This document shows positions 26,158-35,135 of a stretch of 64,000 nt of DNA, in pieces. The stretch lies in assembly GCA_013388415.1 (NCBI GenBank), contig JACADU010000268.1:2901-66900 (forward strand). The letters run 5' to 3'. The notes below the pieces were generated by a model. The model was not told the origin of the DNA. It worked only from the letters and a program-made list of their open reading frames with translations, and ran no database searches. The DNA comes from Bryobacteraceae bacterium. Its GTDB lineage: Bacteria > Acidobacteriota > Terriglobia > Bryobacterales > Bryobacteraceae. How positions within the stretch are numbered: position 1 is the stretch's first letter; the number at the start of each line of letters is the position of its first letter. Position numbers and translations under genes: made by a program.

Positions 26158-26189
26158 GAAATGCGGGCGTGAATTGCGATCTCGCTGTC

Positions 26190-27860
26190 ATGGCCCAACA
26201 GAGTCTGGAGGCAGAACTGCTGCTGGGGCTGTTCAGCACGCCAGACCAGGACGGGCGGGGGCAACAAGCCACAGAGGCGTGGCGGGAGCCGCATTCATGG
26301 CAGTCTGTTCTGGGCGAGTTTGAAGCCGCCCATGACGAGCCGGCGCCGCTGCCGGGGACTGAGCCGGCGGCCAGACGCAAGAGCTCGTCAGGACACCGCC
26401 ACATCGTCCATTTCATTCACCAGATCCTGGCGCCGGACGGCGGGCGCGAACGAGACGTCACAGGGTATTCGGCTGACTTCGAGCCGCCTGCCTGCCGGCC
26501 GGCCCCGGCTGAAGGGTTCAAGCCTGATTTTGACCCGCCCGAGGCTCCGGAAAGTGAAACCGGAAGGAACGAGTCTGCCTGGTCTGTCTTTCAGCCTGTC
26601 GAGGCGGCGATTCCGAGCGGCGCTGGAACCGAACAAGAGAGACCACGCCAAGTTGAAGCCCCCGCTGGGGGCCCTGCACCACGCAGGCAGGTGCGGGGCG
26701 AGGCGGACATCGAACAGAACAATGAAGGGGCACCAGAATTGGAGGCTGCCGAGCCCGATGCTCCGGCCGTGGCGCCAGAGGCGCCGCAGCCGGCGCAAGT
26801 TCCGGAGCGCGGGGAAACGGCCAGGCCAGACGCTCCAGTGGTAATGCAGAAAGAGGCCCGCCGGCCGCTGGAGGCCGTGCAGCCGCACGCAGGCAGGCAG
26901 AGTCAGGACCCTGTTGAGCCGCGCCCGGGCGCGGATGAAGCGAAGTTCGCCTGGATGCCTGAAGCAGCCGGGGACACCGAGCGAGCGGCGCCGGTGATGG
27001 CGGTTCGGCTGCGGGCGATGCCGCAGCCGGCACAACCGTTCTCGAAGGAATGTGCGCCGGCCGCCAAGCCCGAGCCGGTGAGCAAAGGCTTCACCGCCGC
27101 CGAGCAGGACCGTGGAGACCATCCTGTTCCTGACTCCGCCGCAGCGGACTGGAGCGATCCCGCATCCTCCGATTCTTCGGCCGGCGGTCCACGGCCAACT
27201 ACGCGCAGCAGCGGCCACAAAGCAGCGCAACAGCAGTGTGGCGAAGCCGAACCAATGCGCCCGCGGCCCGAGAAAGCGCGAGACGTCGTTTCCGCGAACG
27301 CCGCCTCCGCCGAGGCGCCCGCACAAGGCGGCAGATTGTTCGCGGCGGAAGAGGCGCGCCCACCCGAGATCGTCCCCATCCTCTCGCACGACCCAATCGA
27401 GATTTCAAAGCCAGCCGCAGGGAACTCCGGGGTGGGCGAGCTCAGAGTGAAGCTCGAGGTTCCAGAGTCGGAACCTGTGCTTGTACGGTTCGTAGACCGC
27501 GGCGGGGAAGTGCATGTTCTGGTTCGGAGCGAGGATCCGGGCGCCTCCACCCGGCTGGCGGTTGGCCTGGAGGATCTCCAGCAGAAGCTCGAGGCTCATG
27601 AGACGCAGGTCGAAGCATGGGTCGCGGGAAACGACGGTGGTGAGGGAGCGGAGGCGGTGGTGGAGACCATCTTGGAGACCGCCGGGCCTTCAGAGCGTCA
27701 CGCCGCTGCCAGCGCAGGGCAAAGCGCGGCAAAAAGGAACCCGGACGGCCAGCAACACCCCAGGCGCACCTGGCCTGACTGGCTCGAGCTTCTCACTGAA
27801 AGGTCGGATGAAGCGGCATTACGCCGCTTCCAGAAAGGAACGAGATCGTGGCGTCAATGA
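26190..27860 (+). CDS. fliK: flagellar hook-length control protein FliK-like (long acidic Pro/Ala/Glu-rich N-terminal part)
   Basis: The C-terminal [57 protein letters not shown] resembles the FliK Flg_hook domain. It sits directly before flgD-flgE. The start is either ATG 26190 or GTG 26169. Confidence 0.6.
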   Translation: MAQQSLEAELLLGLFSTPDQDGRGQQATEAWREPHSWQSVLGEFEAAHDEPAPLPGTEPAARRKSSSGHRHIVHFIHQILAPDGGRERDVTGYSADFEPPACRPAPAEGFKPDFDPPEAPESETGRNESAWSVFQPVEAAIPSGAGTEQERPRQVEAPAGGPAPRRQVRGEADIEQNNEGAPELEAAEPDAPAVAPEAPQPAQVPERGETARPDAPVVMQKEARRPLEAVQPHAGRQSQDPVEPRPGADEAKFAWMPEAAGDTERAAPVMAVRLRAMPQPAQPFSKECAPAAKPEPVSKGFTAAEQDRGDHPVPDSAAADWSDPASSDSSAGGPRPTTRSSGHKAAQQQCGEAEPMRPRPEKARDVVSANAASAEAPAQGGRLFAAEEARPPEIVPILSHDPIEISKPAAGNSGVGELRVKLEVPESEPVLVRFVDRGGEVHVLVRSEDPGASTRLAVGLEDLQQKLEAHETQVEAWVAGNDGGEGAEAVVETILETAGPSERHAAASAGQSAAKRNPDGQQHPRRTWPDWLELLTERSDEAALRRFQKGTRSWRQ

Positions 27861-28177
27861 ACGTGGCTCTCGCGCAAGGAGCGAGCGCAGTGGAAGCAAC
27901 CAGTGGCGAGCAAACCTACGCCACCGTGACCAAGAACTCGGAGCGTCTCGCGAATCAGGACGTCTTCATGAAACTGCTGGTCGCGCAGCTCAAGTATCAG
28001 AATCCGATGAATCCCGCTGATGGAGTCGAGTTCATGACTCAGCTCACACAGTTCAGCCAGCTAGAACAGTCGATCGAGTCGCGGAGAGAACTGGAGGCGA
28101 TCAGGAAACTGCTGGAGTCCGCTTCCGCGCCGGGCGGCGAGGACCAGAACAACAGCGAGCAGACCGAGGGCGCCTGA
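27857..28177 (+). CDS. flgD: hook-capping protein FlgD, N-terminal domain only (about 106 aa)
   Basis: [42 protein letters not shown] overlap with the fliK stop. Confidence 0.8.
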   Translation: MNVALAQGASAVEATSGEQTYATVTKNSERLANQDVFMKLLVAQLKYQNPMNPADGVEFMTQLTQFSQLEQSIESRRELEAIRKLLESASAPGGEDQNNSEQTEGA

Positions 28178-28199
28178 AGCGCACAAAGGAGCAGGAAGA

Positions 28200-29450
28200 A
28201 TGTTCACATCATTTTCAACAGCATTGAGCGCGCTAGGCGCGCACACGACCGCCGTCGATGTCGTCGGCAACAATCTGGCGAACCTGAACACGCCAGGCTA
28301 CAAGTCGAGCGTCGTCGCCTTCAGCGATCTGGTGACTCAATCGCTGGGCGCGGGCCTTGGGGAGACGCAGGTCGGGTTCGGCGTCGCGAGACCGGTGACG
28401 ATCCGCCAGTTTTCACAAGGCGCGATTCAGGCAAGCTCGGGTCCACTCGACGTGGCGATTCAGGGCGACGGATTCCTGGTGGTCCGGGAGGCGCTGTCCA
28501 ACAGCGTTCTGTACACGAGAGGAGGCAACCTCCAGGTGAACAAGGAAGGGCAACTCGTGACGGCGACCGGATTCCGCGTGCAGGGATGGAATGAGGTCAA
28601 CGGCGTGCTCGACACGACGCAGCCAGCTACCGACGTGATGGTCCCCGTGGGATCATTGCGCGCTCCCGTCGCGACCAATAGTTTCTCGTTCGACATGAAC
28701 CTTGACGCCTCCGCGACTGCGGGTCCGCCGGCTACAACGTTTTCCACTTCCATCGAGGTCTACGATTCGCTGGGCGGGTCTCACGTCATCTCGGTCACGT
28801 TCACAAAGACCGCCAATCCGGGGGAATGGGACTACTCGATGTCGATTCCGGATGCGGATCTGGCGTCGCCTCCTTTCACCCCGGTGACCGGAACCATCGA
28901 GTTCGACGCTTCAGGCCGGATGACCTCTCCCGCCGTTGGGGGAACAATGCCGGCGATGACAGTGACAGGGCTGGCTAACGGAGCCGCGGACCTGAACCTG
29001 ACGTGGAATCTATACAACGGAACTGCGCCGCGGCTGACTCAGTTTTCGCAACCGTCGGCAGTGGCGGCCAATGCCCAGGATGGGGTTCCCGCGGCGCAGT
29101 TGGTGCGGGTCGGCATTGGGGATGGTGGGCGTGTTCTGGCGCAGTATTCCAACGGGCAGCAGGTCGCGGTCGGCCAACTGGCGATGGCGGCCATCAGAAA
29201 CCCGGAGTCGATGCTGGCCGTCGGGAACAACAACTTTCAATTGAGCGCCCGTTCGGCGCTTCCGGCGATCGGCTTGCCTGGGACGGGCGGCCGCGGCTCG
29301 ATCATGGGCGGCTCGGTGGAGTTCTCGACGGTCGACATCGCGCGGGAGTTCACGAATCTGATCGTGCTTCAACGCGGATATCAGGCCAACGCGCGGGTGG
29401 TCACGGCTGTGGACGAAATCAGCCAGGAGACCATCAATCTCAAGCGATAG
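28200..29450 (+). CDS. flgE: flagellar hook protein FlgE
   Basis: MFTSFSTALSALGAHTTAVDVVGNNLANLNTPGYK ... EFTNLIVLQRGYQANARVVT. Confidence 0.95.
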   Translation: MFTSFSTALSALGAHTTAVDVVGNNLANLNTPGYKSSVVAFSDLVTQSLGAGLGETQVGFGVARPVTIRQFSQGAIQASSGPLDVAIQGDGFLVVREALSNSVLYTRGGNLQVNKEGQLVTATGFRVQGWNEVNGVLDTTQPATDVMVPVGSLRAPVATNSFSFDMNLDASATAGPPATTFSTSIEVYDSLGGSHVISVTFTKTANPGEWDYSMSIPDADLASPPFTPVTGTIEFDASGRMTSPAVGGTMPAMTVTGLANGAADLNLTWNLYNGTAPRLTQFSQPSAVAANAQDGVPAAQLVRVGIGDGGRVLAQYSNGQQVAVGQLAMAAIRNPESMLAVGNNNFQLSARSALPAIGLPGTGGRGSIMGGSVEFSTVDIAREFTNLIVLQRGYQANARVVTAVDEISQETINLKR

Positions 29451-29459
29451 GAGTGAGCC

Positions 29460-29732
29460 GTGGACGCTTCCGGTCTCATTCCGGGTTCGGTTGCCGAGCG
29501 CATCGCGCCGCTGGCGGATGTGCCGCTGGACGTGGAGATCGAATTGGCGCAGCGCGTGATGACGCTGCGGCAGCTGCTCGAGTTGGAGACCGGCAGCGTC
29601 ATCCGCATGCCGCGGTCCGCCGGGGAGAACATCGACATCGTCATCGGCGGCGCGCTGGTCGGTTTTGGAGAGATCGTCATCATCGAAGACACGATGGGGG
29701 TCCGGATCACGGACTTCAACACCGAGGAATAG
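29460..29732 (+). CDS. fliN: flagellar motor switch protein FliN (short SpoA-domain protein)
   Basis: LDVEIELAQRVMTLRQLLELETGSVIRMPRSAGENIDIVIGGALVGFGEIVIIEDTMGVRITDF. Confidence 0.85.
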   Translation: MDASGLIPGSVAERIAPLADVPLDVEIELAQRVMTLRQLLELETGSVIRMPRSAGENIDIVIGGALVGFGEIVIIEDTMGVRITDFNTEE

Positions 29733-29770
29733 ATGGCGCCGGAGGGAACCGGCGGCCGGGGAAGGCTGAA

Positions 29771-30112
29771 GTGAACTGGATGGAACCAATGGCTGGCGTG
29801 GGGCTTGTCATGGCCTTACTCTTCGCGACGGCGTGGATCGCTGCGAGAAGGAAGAACGGGCTGCCGCTGCTGGGGCGCTTTCGCCGGGCGCGGATGGACG
29901 GCCGCAGACTGATTCTCGTTGAGCGGCTTCCCCTGACGCCTCACCATGCGCTTTATCTGGTCCATGTCGAGGGCCGGCCATATCTCCTGGCGACCCATCC
30001 GCAGGGCCTCTCGCTGAGCGCGGCTGGAGGGGCGTCATCCGAGTTTTCAAGCGTTTTCGCCGCGGCTGTCCATCCGGAGATGAGCCAGGATCCTGATGGA
30101 GGCAGGCAATGA
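29771..30112 (+). CDS. fliO: flagellar biosynthesis protein FliO
   Basis: Single TM helix GVGLVMALLFATAWIAA followed by LILVERLPLTPHHALYLVHVEGRPYLL. Position before fliP with an ATGA overlap. Only the 3' part of the 369-aa track ORF is used. Confidence 0.7.
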   Translation: MNWMEPMAGVGLVMALLFATAWIAARRKNGLPLLGRFRRARMDGRRLILVERLPLTPHHALYLVHVEGRPYLLATHPQGLSLSAAGGASSEFSSVFAAAVHPEMSQDPDGGRQ

Positions 30113-30834
30113 AGGGCCGCTGTCTGGCGTTCGTCATCTGCCTGCTTCCGGCGAAAGCGGCGCCTGGATCGCAGGTGAGCGAACTGCTCGGCGGCCCGGC
30201 GGGCAAAGACGGGCTCTCACTTCCGTTGCAGATCGTCGTGCTCCTGACGGCGCTCACTGTCCTGCCGGCGCTGCTGGTTTCGTTGACTCCATTCCTCCGC
30301 ATCACGGTTGTGCTTCACTTTCTCCGGCAGGCGCTCGGCACGCAGACCGCCCCATCCAACCAGGTGTTGATCGGCCTTGCCTTGTTCCTCACTCTGCTGC
30401 TGGTCCAGCCTGTCTTGAAGGAGAGTTACGAGTCGGGTTGGGTTCCGCTCGAACAGAACAAGCTGAGCCGGGCGGAAGCGTGGGAGGCCGGATCAAGGCC
30501 GGTGAAGCAGTTTCTTCTTCGCTACGCGAAAGAGAAGGACATCGCACTCATGCTCTCCCTGACCAAGAGCGCGCCGCCCAAGAGCCCGGAGGATCTGAGC
30601 CTGACCGTCCTGGCCCCGGCGTATGTGCTGTCTGAACTCAAGGTCAGCTTTCAGATTGGCGCAGTGCTGTTCCTTCCGTTTCTGATTATCGACATCGTTG
30701 TCGCCTCGATCACGCTCTCGATTGGCATGGTGCAACTGCCGCCGGTGATGGTGTCCGCGCCGTTCAAGATCCTGCTGTTTGTCCTCGTGGATGGCTGGAA
30801 CCTGGTGGTCGGCTCGCTGATGCGGAGCTTCTAG
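30109..30834 (+). CDS. fliP: flagellar export-gate protein FliP
   Basis: LTALTVLPALLVSLTPFLRITVVLHFLRQALGTQTAPSNQVLIGLALFLT ... FLPFLIIDIVVASITLSIGM. Confidence 0.95.
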   Translation: MKGRCLAFVICLLPAKAAPGSQVSELLGGPAGKDGLSLPLQIVVLLTALTVLPALLVSLTPFLRITVVLHFLRQALGTQTAPSNQVLIGLALFLTLLLVQPVLKESYESGWVPLEQNKLSRAEAWEAGSRPVKQFLLRYAKEKDIALMLSLTKSAPPKSPEDLSLTVLAPAYVLSELKVSFQIGAVLFLPFLIIDIVVASITLSIGMVQLPPVMVSAPFKILLFVLVDGWNLVVGSLMRSF

Positions 30835-30843
30835 GAGAACTGC

Positions 30844-31113
30844 ATGACTTCCGAAGCGATTGCCGCCGTTTTGAGAGACGCGTTGATGACTGCTTTTTGG
30901 GTGAGCCTGCCGCTGCTGGCAATCGGCTTCGTGGCGGGCATCGTGATCAGCCTGCTCCAGATCGTCACTTCCGTGCAGGATCCGGCCTTTGGAGGCGTCC
31001 CCCGCCTGGTTGCATTCCTGGCGGGTTTGCTTCTCTTGCTGCCCTGGATGATCGCGCGGCTGGCGGGCTACACAATCAGCCTGCTGGGGGACTTGAGCCG
31101 CTATGCGCGCTGA
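30844..31113 (+). CDS. fliQ: flagellar export-gate protein FliQ
   Basis: 89 aa with two TM helices. GIVISLLQIVTSVQDPAFGGVPRL. Confidence 0.9.
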   Translation: MTSEAIAAVLRDALMTAFWVSLPLLAIGFVAGIVISLLQIVTSVQDPAFGGVPRLVAFLAGLLLLLPWMIARLAGYTISLLGDLSRYAR

Positions 31114-31873
31114 AATCGCGTGGGAAACGGGAACTGTCCTGAGCAGCCTTCTGCTGCTGATCAGGATTTCAGGAATGTTGGTCGTCGTGCCTATTCCGGG
31201 GCTTCGCCTTGCACCATTGCCCATTCGAGTCTGTTGCGCCGTTCTGCTCGCGCTTGCACTGGCGTCAAGCCACTCGACGCCGCTGCCGGCTTCCACTTCG
31301 GCGGCGGGCTTGCTGCTTGTCATGATCAGCGAGCTCGGGCTCGGTCTCATGGCCGGCGTCATCGCGGGCTTTCTGGGCGATCTCCTGATCATGACCGTCC
31401 AGACATTCGCGCTCCAGGCGGGCTACAGCTACGCCTCTTCCATCGATCCGACGAGCGAAGCCGACAGCAACGTTCTGCAAAGCGTCGCGCAGTTGGCGTC
31501 GGCGCTGCTGTTTTTCCACATCGGGCTGCACGCGCCGCTCCTCAAGGCTTTCGAGAGAAGCCTGTCCACGTGGCCCCCGGGCTCGTTCTGGCGAGGCGGC
31601 GAACCGGCGGAGGCCCTGATTCAGTTTGGCGCCACGGTGCTCGAGCTTTCCGTGCGGCTGGCGTTGCCATTCGCTGCGCTGCTTCTCCTCACGGACTTGA
31701 CACTGGCGCTTCTCAGCCGGCTCAACAATCAACTGCAGCTTCTCTCGCTTGCCTTCCCGGTCAAGATGCTGGGCACTCTCGCGCTGTTTGCGGCGCTGGC
31801 TGGCGTGGTCCCCGGCGTCTACCGGCAGGGAGGCGCGAGGGCAATCGAGCTGCTGGAGAGGTGGATGCCTTAG
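31103..31873 (+). CDS. fliR: flagellar export-gate protein FliR
   Basis: 256-aa polytopic protein following fliQ with an 11-nt overlap. RISGMLVVVPIPG is a typical FliR start. Confidence 0.9.
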   Translation: MRAEIAWETGTVLSSLLLLIRISGMLVVVPIPGLRLAPLPIRVCCAVLLALALASSHSTPLPASTSAAGLLLVMISELGLGLMAGVIAGFLGDLLIMTVQTFALQAGYSYASSIDPTSEADSNVLQSVAQLASALLFFHIGLHAPLLKAFERSLSTWPPGSFWRGGEPAEALIQFGATVLELSVRLALPFAALLLLTDLTLALLSRLNNQLQLLSLAFPVKMLGTLALFAALAGVVPGVYRQGGARAIELLERWMP

Positions 31874-31880
31874 GAGCGCC

Positions 31881-32951
31881 ATGGCGGACCGCGACCAGAG
31901 AACCGAACAGCCGACGCCCCACCGGCTTCGCAAAGCGCGAGAGGAGGGGCGATTCCCATCCAGCCGCGAAGCCGTGGCCGCTGCGCAGTTCCTTGTCTTC
32001 ACCAGCCTTGCCTGCGGGATGGCAGACCACTGGTGGCCGGCGTGCCGGGAGTGGATGCGCGAGCTTCTCGGTTTGGCGTTCCGTCCCGCCTGGGGGTCCG
32101 CGGACGTCAACAACCTGCTGCATCAGAACATCGCCCCCCGCGCATGGGCTCTGGCAGCAGCCGGCGCCATCCTGACCTCGGCGGCGCTGGTCACCCAACT
32201 GACGGTGACCGGATTCGGGCTTGCCGGGGCGAGACTGGCGCCCGATTTCAGCCGGCTGAATCCTGTCACCCATCTCAGAGAATTGCCCGCGAAAAACCGG
32301 CGCGCTCTGGCGGAGGCAGTTGTGCTGTTGCCCTTGCTGCTAGGGCTCGCCTGGTATGTCGTCGCCCGGGAATTCACTGCCTGCTTCCGCGTCCCGCTTC
32401 TGCCGCTGGAAGCCGGAGTGGCTGTCATGGGGACGATGATCGCGGGGCTGCTGTGGAAGGCCACGTTCGGATTTGCCGCCTGGGGCGCCGTCGATTATCT
32501 CCGCCAGAAGCGCCGCTACATGAATGAGCTGAAGATGACGAAACAGGAGATCCGCGACGAGTACAAGCAGCAGGAGGGCAGTCCGGAAGTGAAGCTGCGC
32601 ATCCGCCGCTTGCGGAGGCAGATGCTCCAGCGGCGGATGATGGCCGAGGTGCCGAAATCGACCGCGGTGATTGTGAACCCGACGCATTTCGCGGTCGCCC
32701 TCAAGTACGGCGGCGCGGGCATGGCGGCGCCGAAAGTGGTGGCCAAGGGCAAGAACTATCTTGCGCTGCGCATCAGGCAGAAGGCGCTGGATCACCAGGT
32801 GCCGGTGATTGAGAATCCGCCGCTGGCGCAGGCGCTTTACAAGCAGGTTGAACTTGGCCAGGAGATTCCGCCGCACCTGTACAGGGCGGTGGCCGAAGTA
32901 CTTGCTTACATCTATCGGATGCTGGGGGGCCGTCTGCCAGGCGCCGATTGA
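31881..32951 (+). CDS. flhB: flagellar export switch protein FlhB
   Basis: MADRDQRTEQPTPHRLRKAREEGRFPSS and the autocleavage context VIVNPTHFAVAL (NPTH). GGAG lies before the ATG. Confidence 0.95.
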   Translation: MADRDQRTEQPTPHRLRKAREEGRFPSSREAVAAAQFLVFTSLACGMADHWWPACREWMRELLGLAFRPAWGSADVNNLLHQNIAPRAWALAAAGAILTSAALVTQLTVTGFGLAGARLAPDFSRLNPVTHLRELPAKNRRALAEAVVLLPLLLGLAWYVVAREFTACFRVPLLPLEAGVAVMGTMIAGLLWKATFGFAAWGAVDYLRQKRRYMNELKMTKQEIRDEYKQQEGSPEVKLRIRRLRRQMLQRRMMAEVPKSTAVIVNPTHFAVALKYGGAGMAAPKVVAKGKNYLALRIRQKALDHQVPVIENPPLAQALYKQVELGQEIPPHLYRAVAEVLAYIYRMLGGRLPGAD

Positions 32952-32979
32952 GCCGCTGGGCGGATGAGAACGAACTGAG

Positions 32980-35130
32980 ATGACGTCTCCTGTTGTTTCC
33001 GCAGCCCCATCAGGCATGGCTCCGCCGGGCGCGCCCCGGATCCCGGCTCGAGGAGCGGCGCCGCGGACGGGCGGTTCAGCGGGCCTCGACCTCGGCAGGC
33101 TGGCAAGAACGGAAGTGGCCGTTCCGATCGCCGTGCTCGGCATCCTCATGGCGATGGTGACGCCGCTGCCACCGGTGCTGATCGACGTGTTGATCAGCGC
33201 GAACATCACGATCTCCACAGTCATTCTGCTGGTGTCGATGTACATCAGGAAACCGGCGGAATTCACCGTATTCCCGACGACGCTGCTGCTGATGACCCTG
33301 TTTCGTCTGGCGCTGAACGTTTCGAGCTCAAGGCTGATCCTGCTCAACGGGAACAGGGGCACGGCGGCGGCAGGCGAGGTCATCGAGTCATTCGGCAATT
33401 TCGTGGTTGGGGGCAATTTCGTCATCGGCGTCGTGATCTTTCTGGTGCTGATCGCGATCCAATACGTCGTCATCAACCACGGCGCCGTCCGCATTTCGGA
33501 AGTCACGGCGCGCTTCACTCTGGACGCATTGCCGGGCAAGCAGATGTCGATCGACGCGGACCTGAACGCGGTATTGATCAACGAGGCAGAGGCGAAGGCC
33601 CGCAGAAAGGCCCTTTCCTCCGAAGCGGAGTTCTACGGCGCGATGGACGGCGCCAGCCGCTTCACGCAGCGCGACGCGGTCGCCAGCATTCTGATCACGG
33701 TGATCAATATCTTCGCGGGGTTCCTGATTGGCGTCCTGCAGCACGACATGGACTTCGGCCATGCCCTGGAAACATACACGGTTCTGACGATCGGCGACGG
33801 TCTGGTCACGGTGATTCCCGCGCTGATGATCTCGATCTCGGGCGGGTTGATCGTGACGCGCGCCGGCTCGGAACGCGAGATCGGCGCGGATGTCGAGAGG
33901 CAGCTCTTCCAGCACTGGCAGCCGCTCGCGCTTTCGGGGTGCGTGCTCTTCGCGATGGCTTTGCTGCCGGGGCTGCCCAAGATCCCGTTTCTCATTCTGG
34001 CCGCCTCGGTGGGCTACGCGGGGTGGAAGGTGCGGAGCAGGACGATGCGGGAGGATGCGTCGCTGGTTCAGCCTTTGGAGCCGCAGCCAGCCAAGGAGAG
34101 CCTGGAAAGCCTGCTGAAGGTGGAGCCTCTGGCCATCGAGGTTGGGCTGGGTCTCGTGCGGCTGGCGGAAGGCGGGGCGCAGTCCGCTCTGATTCGAAGG
34201 ATTGCGGGCATCCGCCGGCAGTTGGCGGCTGAGCTGGGATACATCCTGCCTCCGGTGCGCGTGACCGACAATCTCTCGCTCAAAGCGCGCGAGTACGTCA
34301 TCCTGCTTCGTGGAGTCGAACTGTCGCGATTCGAGCTTGTACAGGGTTGCGAACTTGCGATCCCGCAGAGCGGCGCCAAGCCGCCCAAGCAGGGCATTAC
34401 CGCCCGGGAGCCGGCCTTCGGCCTGACGGCGTACTGGATTCCGTCCGACCAGGCGGCGGAAGTCCGCGCCGCCGGCTTCACGGTGGTGGACTCGGTCAGC
34501 GTCATCGGCACGCATCTGTCGGAGCTGATCCGCAGGCATTGCCACGAGATTTTCAACCGGCAAGAGACGAAGAAAGTGCTTGACCGCGTGGCCGAGGAGA
34601 ACCCGAAGGCGGTGGAGGACGTCGTTCCCAAACTCCTCCCCATGTCCACCGTTCAGAGGGTGCTCCAGAATCTGCTTCGCGAGAGGGTTTCCATCAGGGA
34701 TGCCGCGGCCATCATCGAGAGCCTCGGCGAGGCAGCGGCTCTGACTCGCAATCCGGTGCTGTTAACCGAGTTCGTCAGACAGTCCCTGCGGCGGACGCTG
34801 GTCAAGCCGCTGCTGAGCGCTGGCGGCGAACTCAAGGTCTATTTTCTGGATCCGCCGCTGGAGCGCGCCATCGAACAGGCCGTCGAGCACGGGGAGCAGA
34901 CTTCTCATTTGAACCTCGCCCCGGACCGGGTCAGCGAGCTTCTGGAAGCCCTGCGCGCCGCCGCCGCGCAGAATCAGACCGGGCTGCTGTTGCTGGCCGG
35001 CAGCGGCAGCCGCTACTTCATCCGTCAACTGGTCGAATCGCAATTCCCGCAGGTCTCGGTGCTTTCGCATGGCGAGGTCCCGCCGGGGACCAAAGTGGTT
35101 TCGCTTGGAGTTCTCAAAGGGAGCAAGTAA
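32980..35130 (+). CDS. flhA: flagellar export-gate protein FlhA
   Basis: FPTTLLLMTLFRLALNVSSSRLIL, GAVRISEVTARFTLDALPGKQMSIDADL and FYGAMDGASRFTQRDA. Confidence 0.95.
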   Translation: MTSPVVSAAPSGMAPPGAPRIPARGAAPRTGGSAGLDLGRLARTEVAVPIAVLGILMAMVTPLPPVLIDVLISANITISTVILLVSMYIRKPAEFTVFPTTLLLMTLFRLALNVSSSRLILLNGNRGTAAAGEVIESFGNFVVGGNFVIGVVIFLVLIAIQYVVINHGAVRISEVTARFTLDALPGKQMSIDADLNAVLINEAEAKARRKALSSEAEFYGAMDGASRFTQRDAVASILITVINIFAGFLIGVLQHDMDFGHALETYTVLTIGDGLVTVIPALMISISGGLIVTRAGSEREIGADVERQLFQHWQPLALSGCVLFAMALLPGLPKIPFLILAASVGYAGWKVRSRTMREDASLVQPLEPQPAKESLESLLKVEPLAIEVGLGLVRLAEGGAQSALIRRIAGIRRQLAAELGYILPPVRVTDNLSLKAREYVILLRGVELSRFELVQGCELAIPQSGAKPPKQGITAREPAFGLTAYWIPSDQAAEVRAAGFTVVDSVSVIGTHLSELIRRHCHEIFNRQETKKVLDRVAEENPKAVEDVVPKLLPMSTVQRVLQNLLRERVSIRDAAAIIESLGEAAALTRNPVLLTEFVRQSLRRTLVKPLLSAGGELKVYFLDPPLERAIEQAVEHGEQTSHLNLAPDRVSELLEALRAAAAQNQTGLLLLAGSGSRYFIRQLVESQFPQVSVLSHGEVPPGTKVVSLGVLKGSK

Positions 35131-35135
35131 CGCAG

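Noticed and set aside
29003-29770. 5' two-thirds of the 369-aa track ORF 29003-30112.
   Set aside because: It overlaps flgE and fliN, which are clearly coding in other frames. Only the 3' portion (29771-30112) looks like a real gene (FliO: TM helix plus conserved core).
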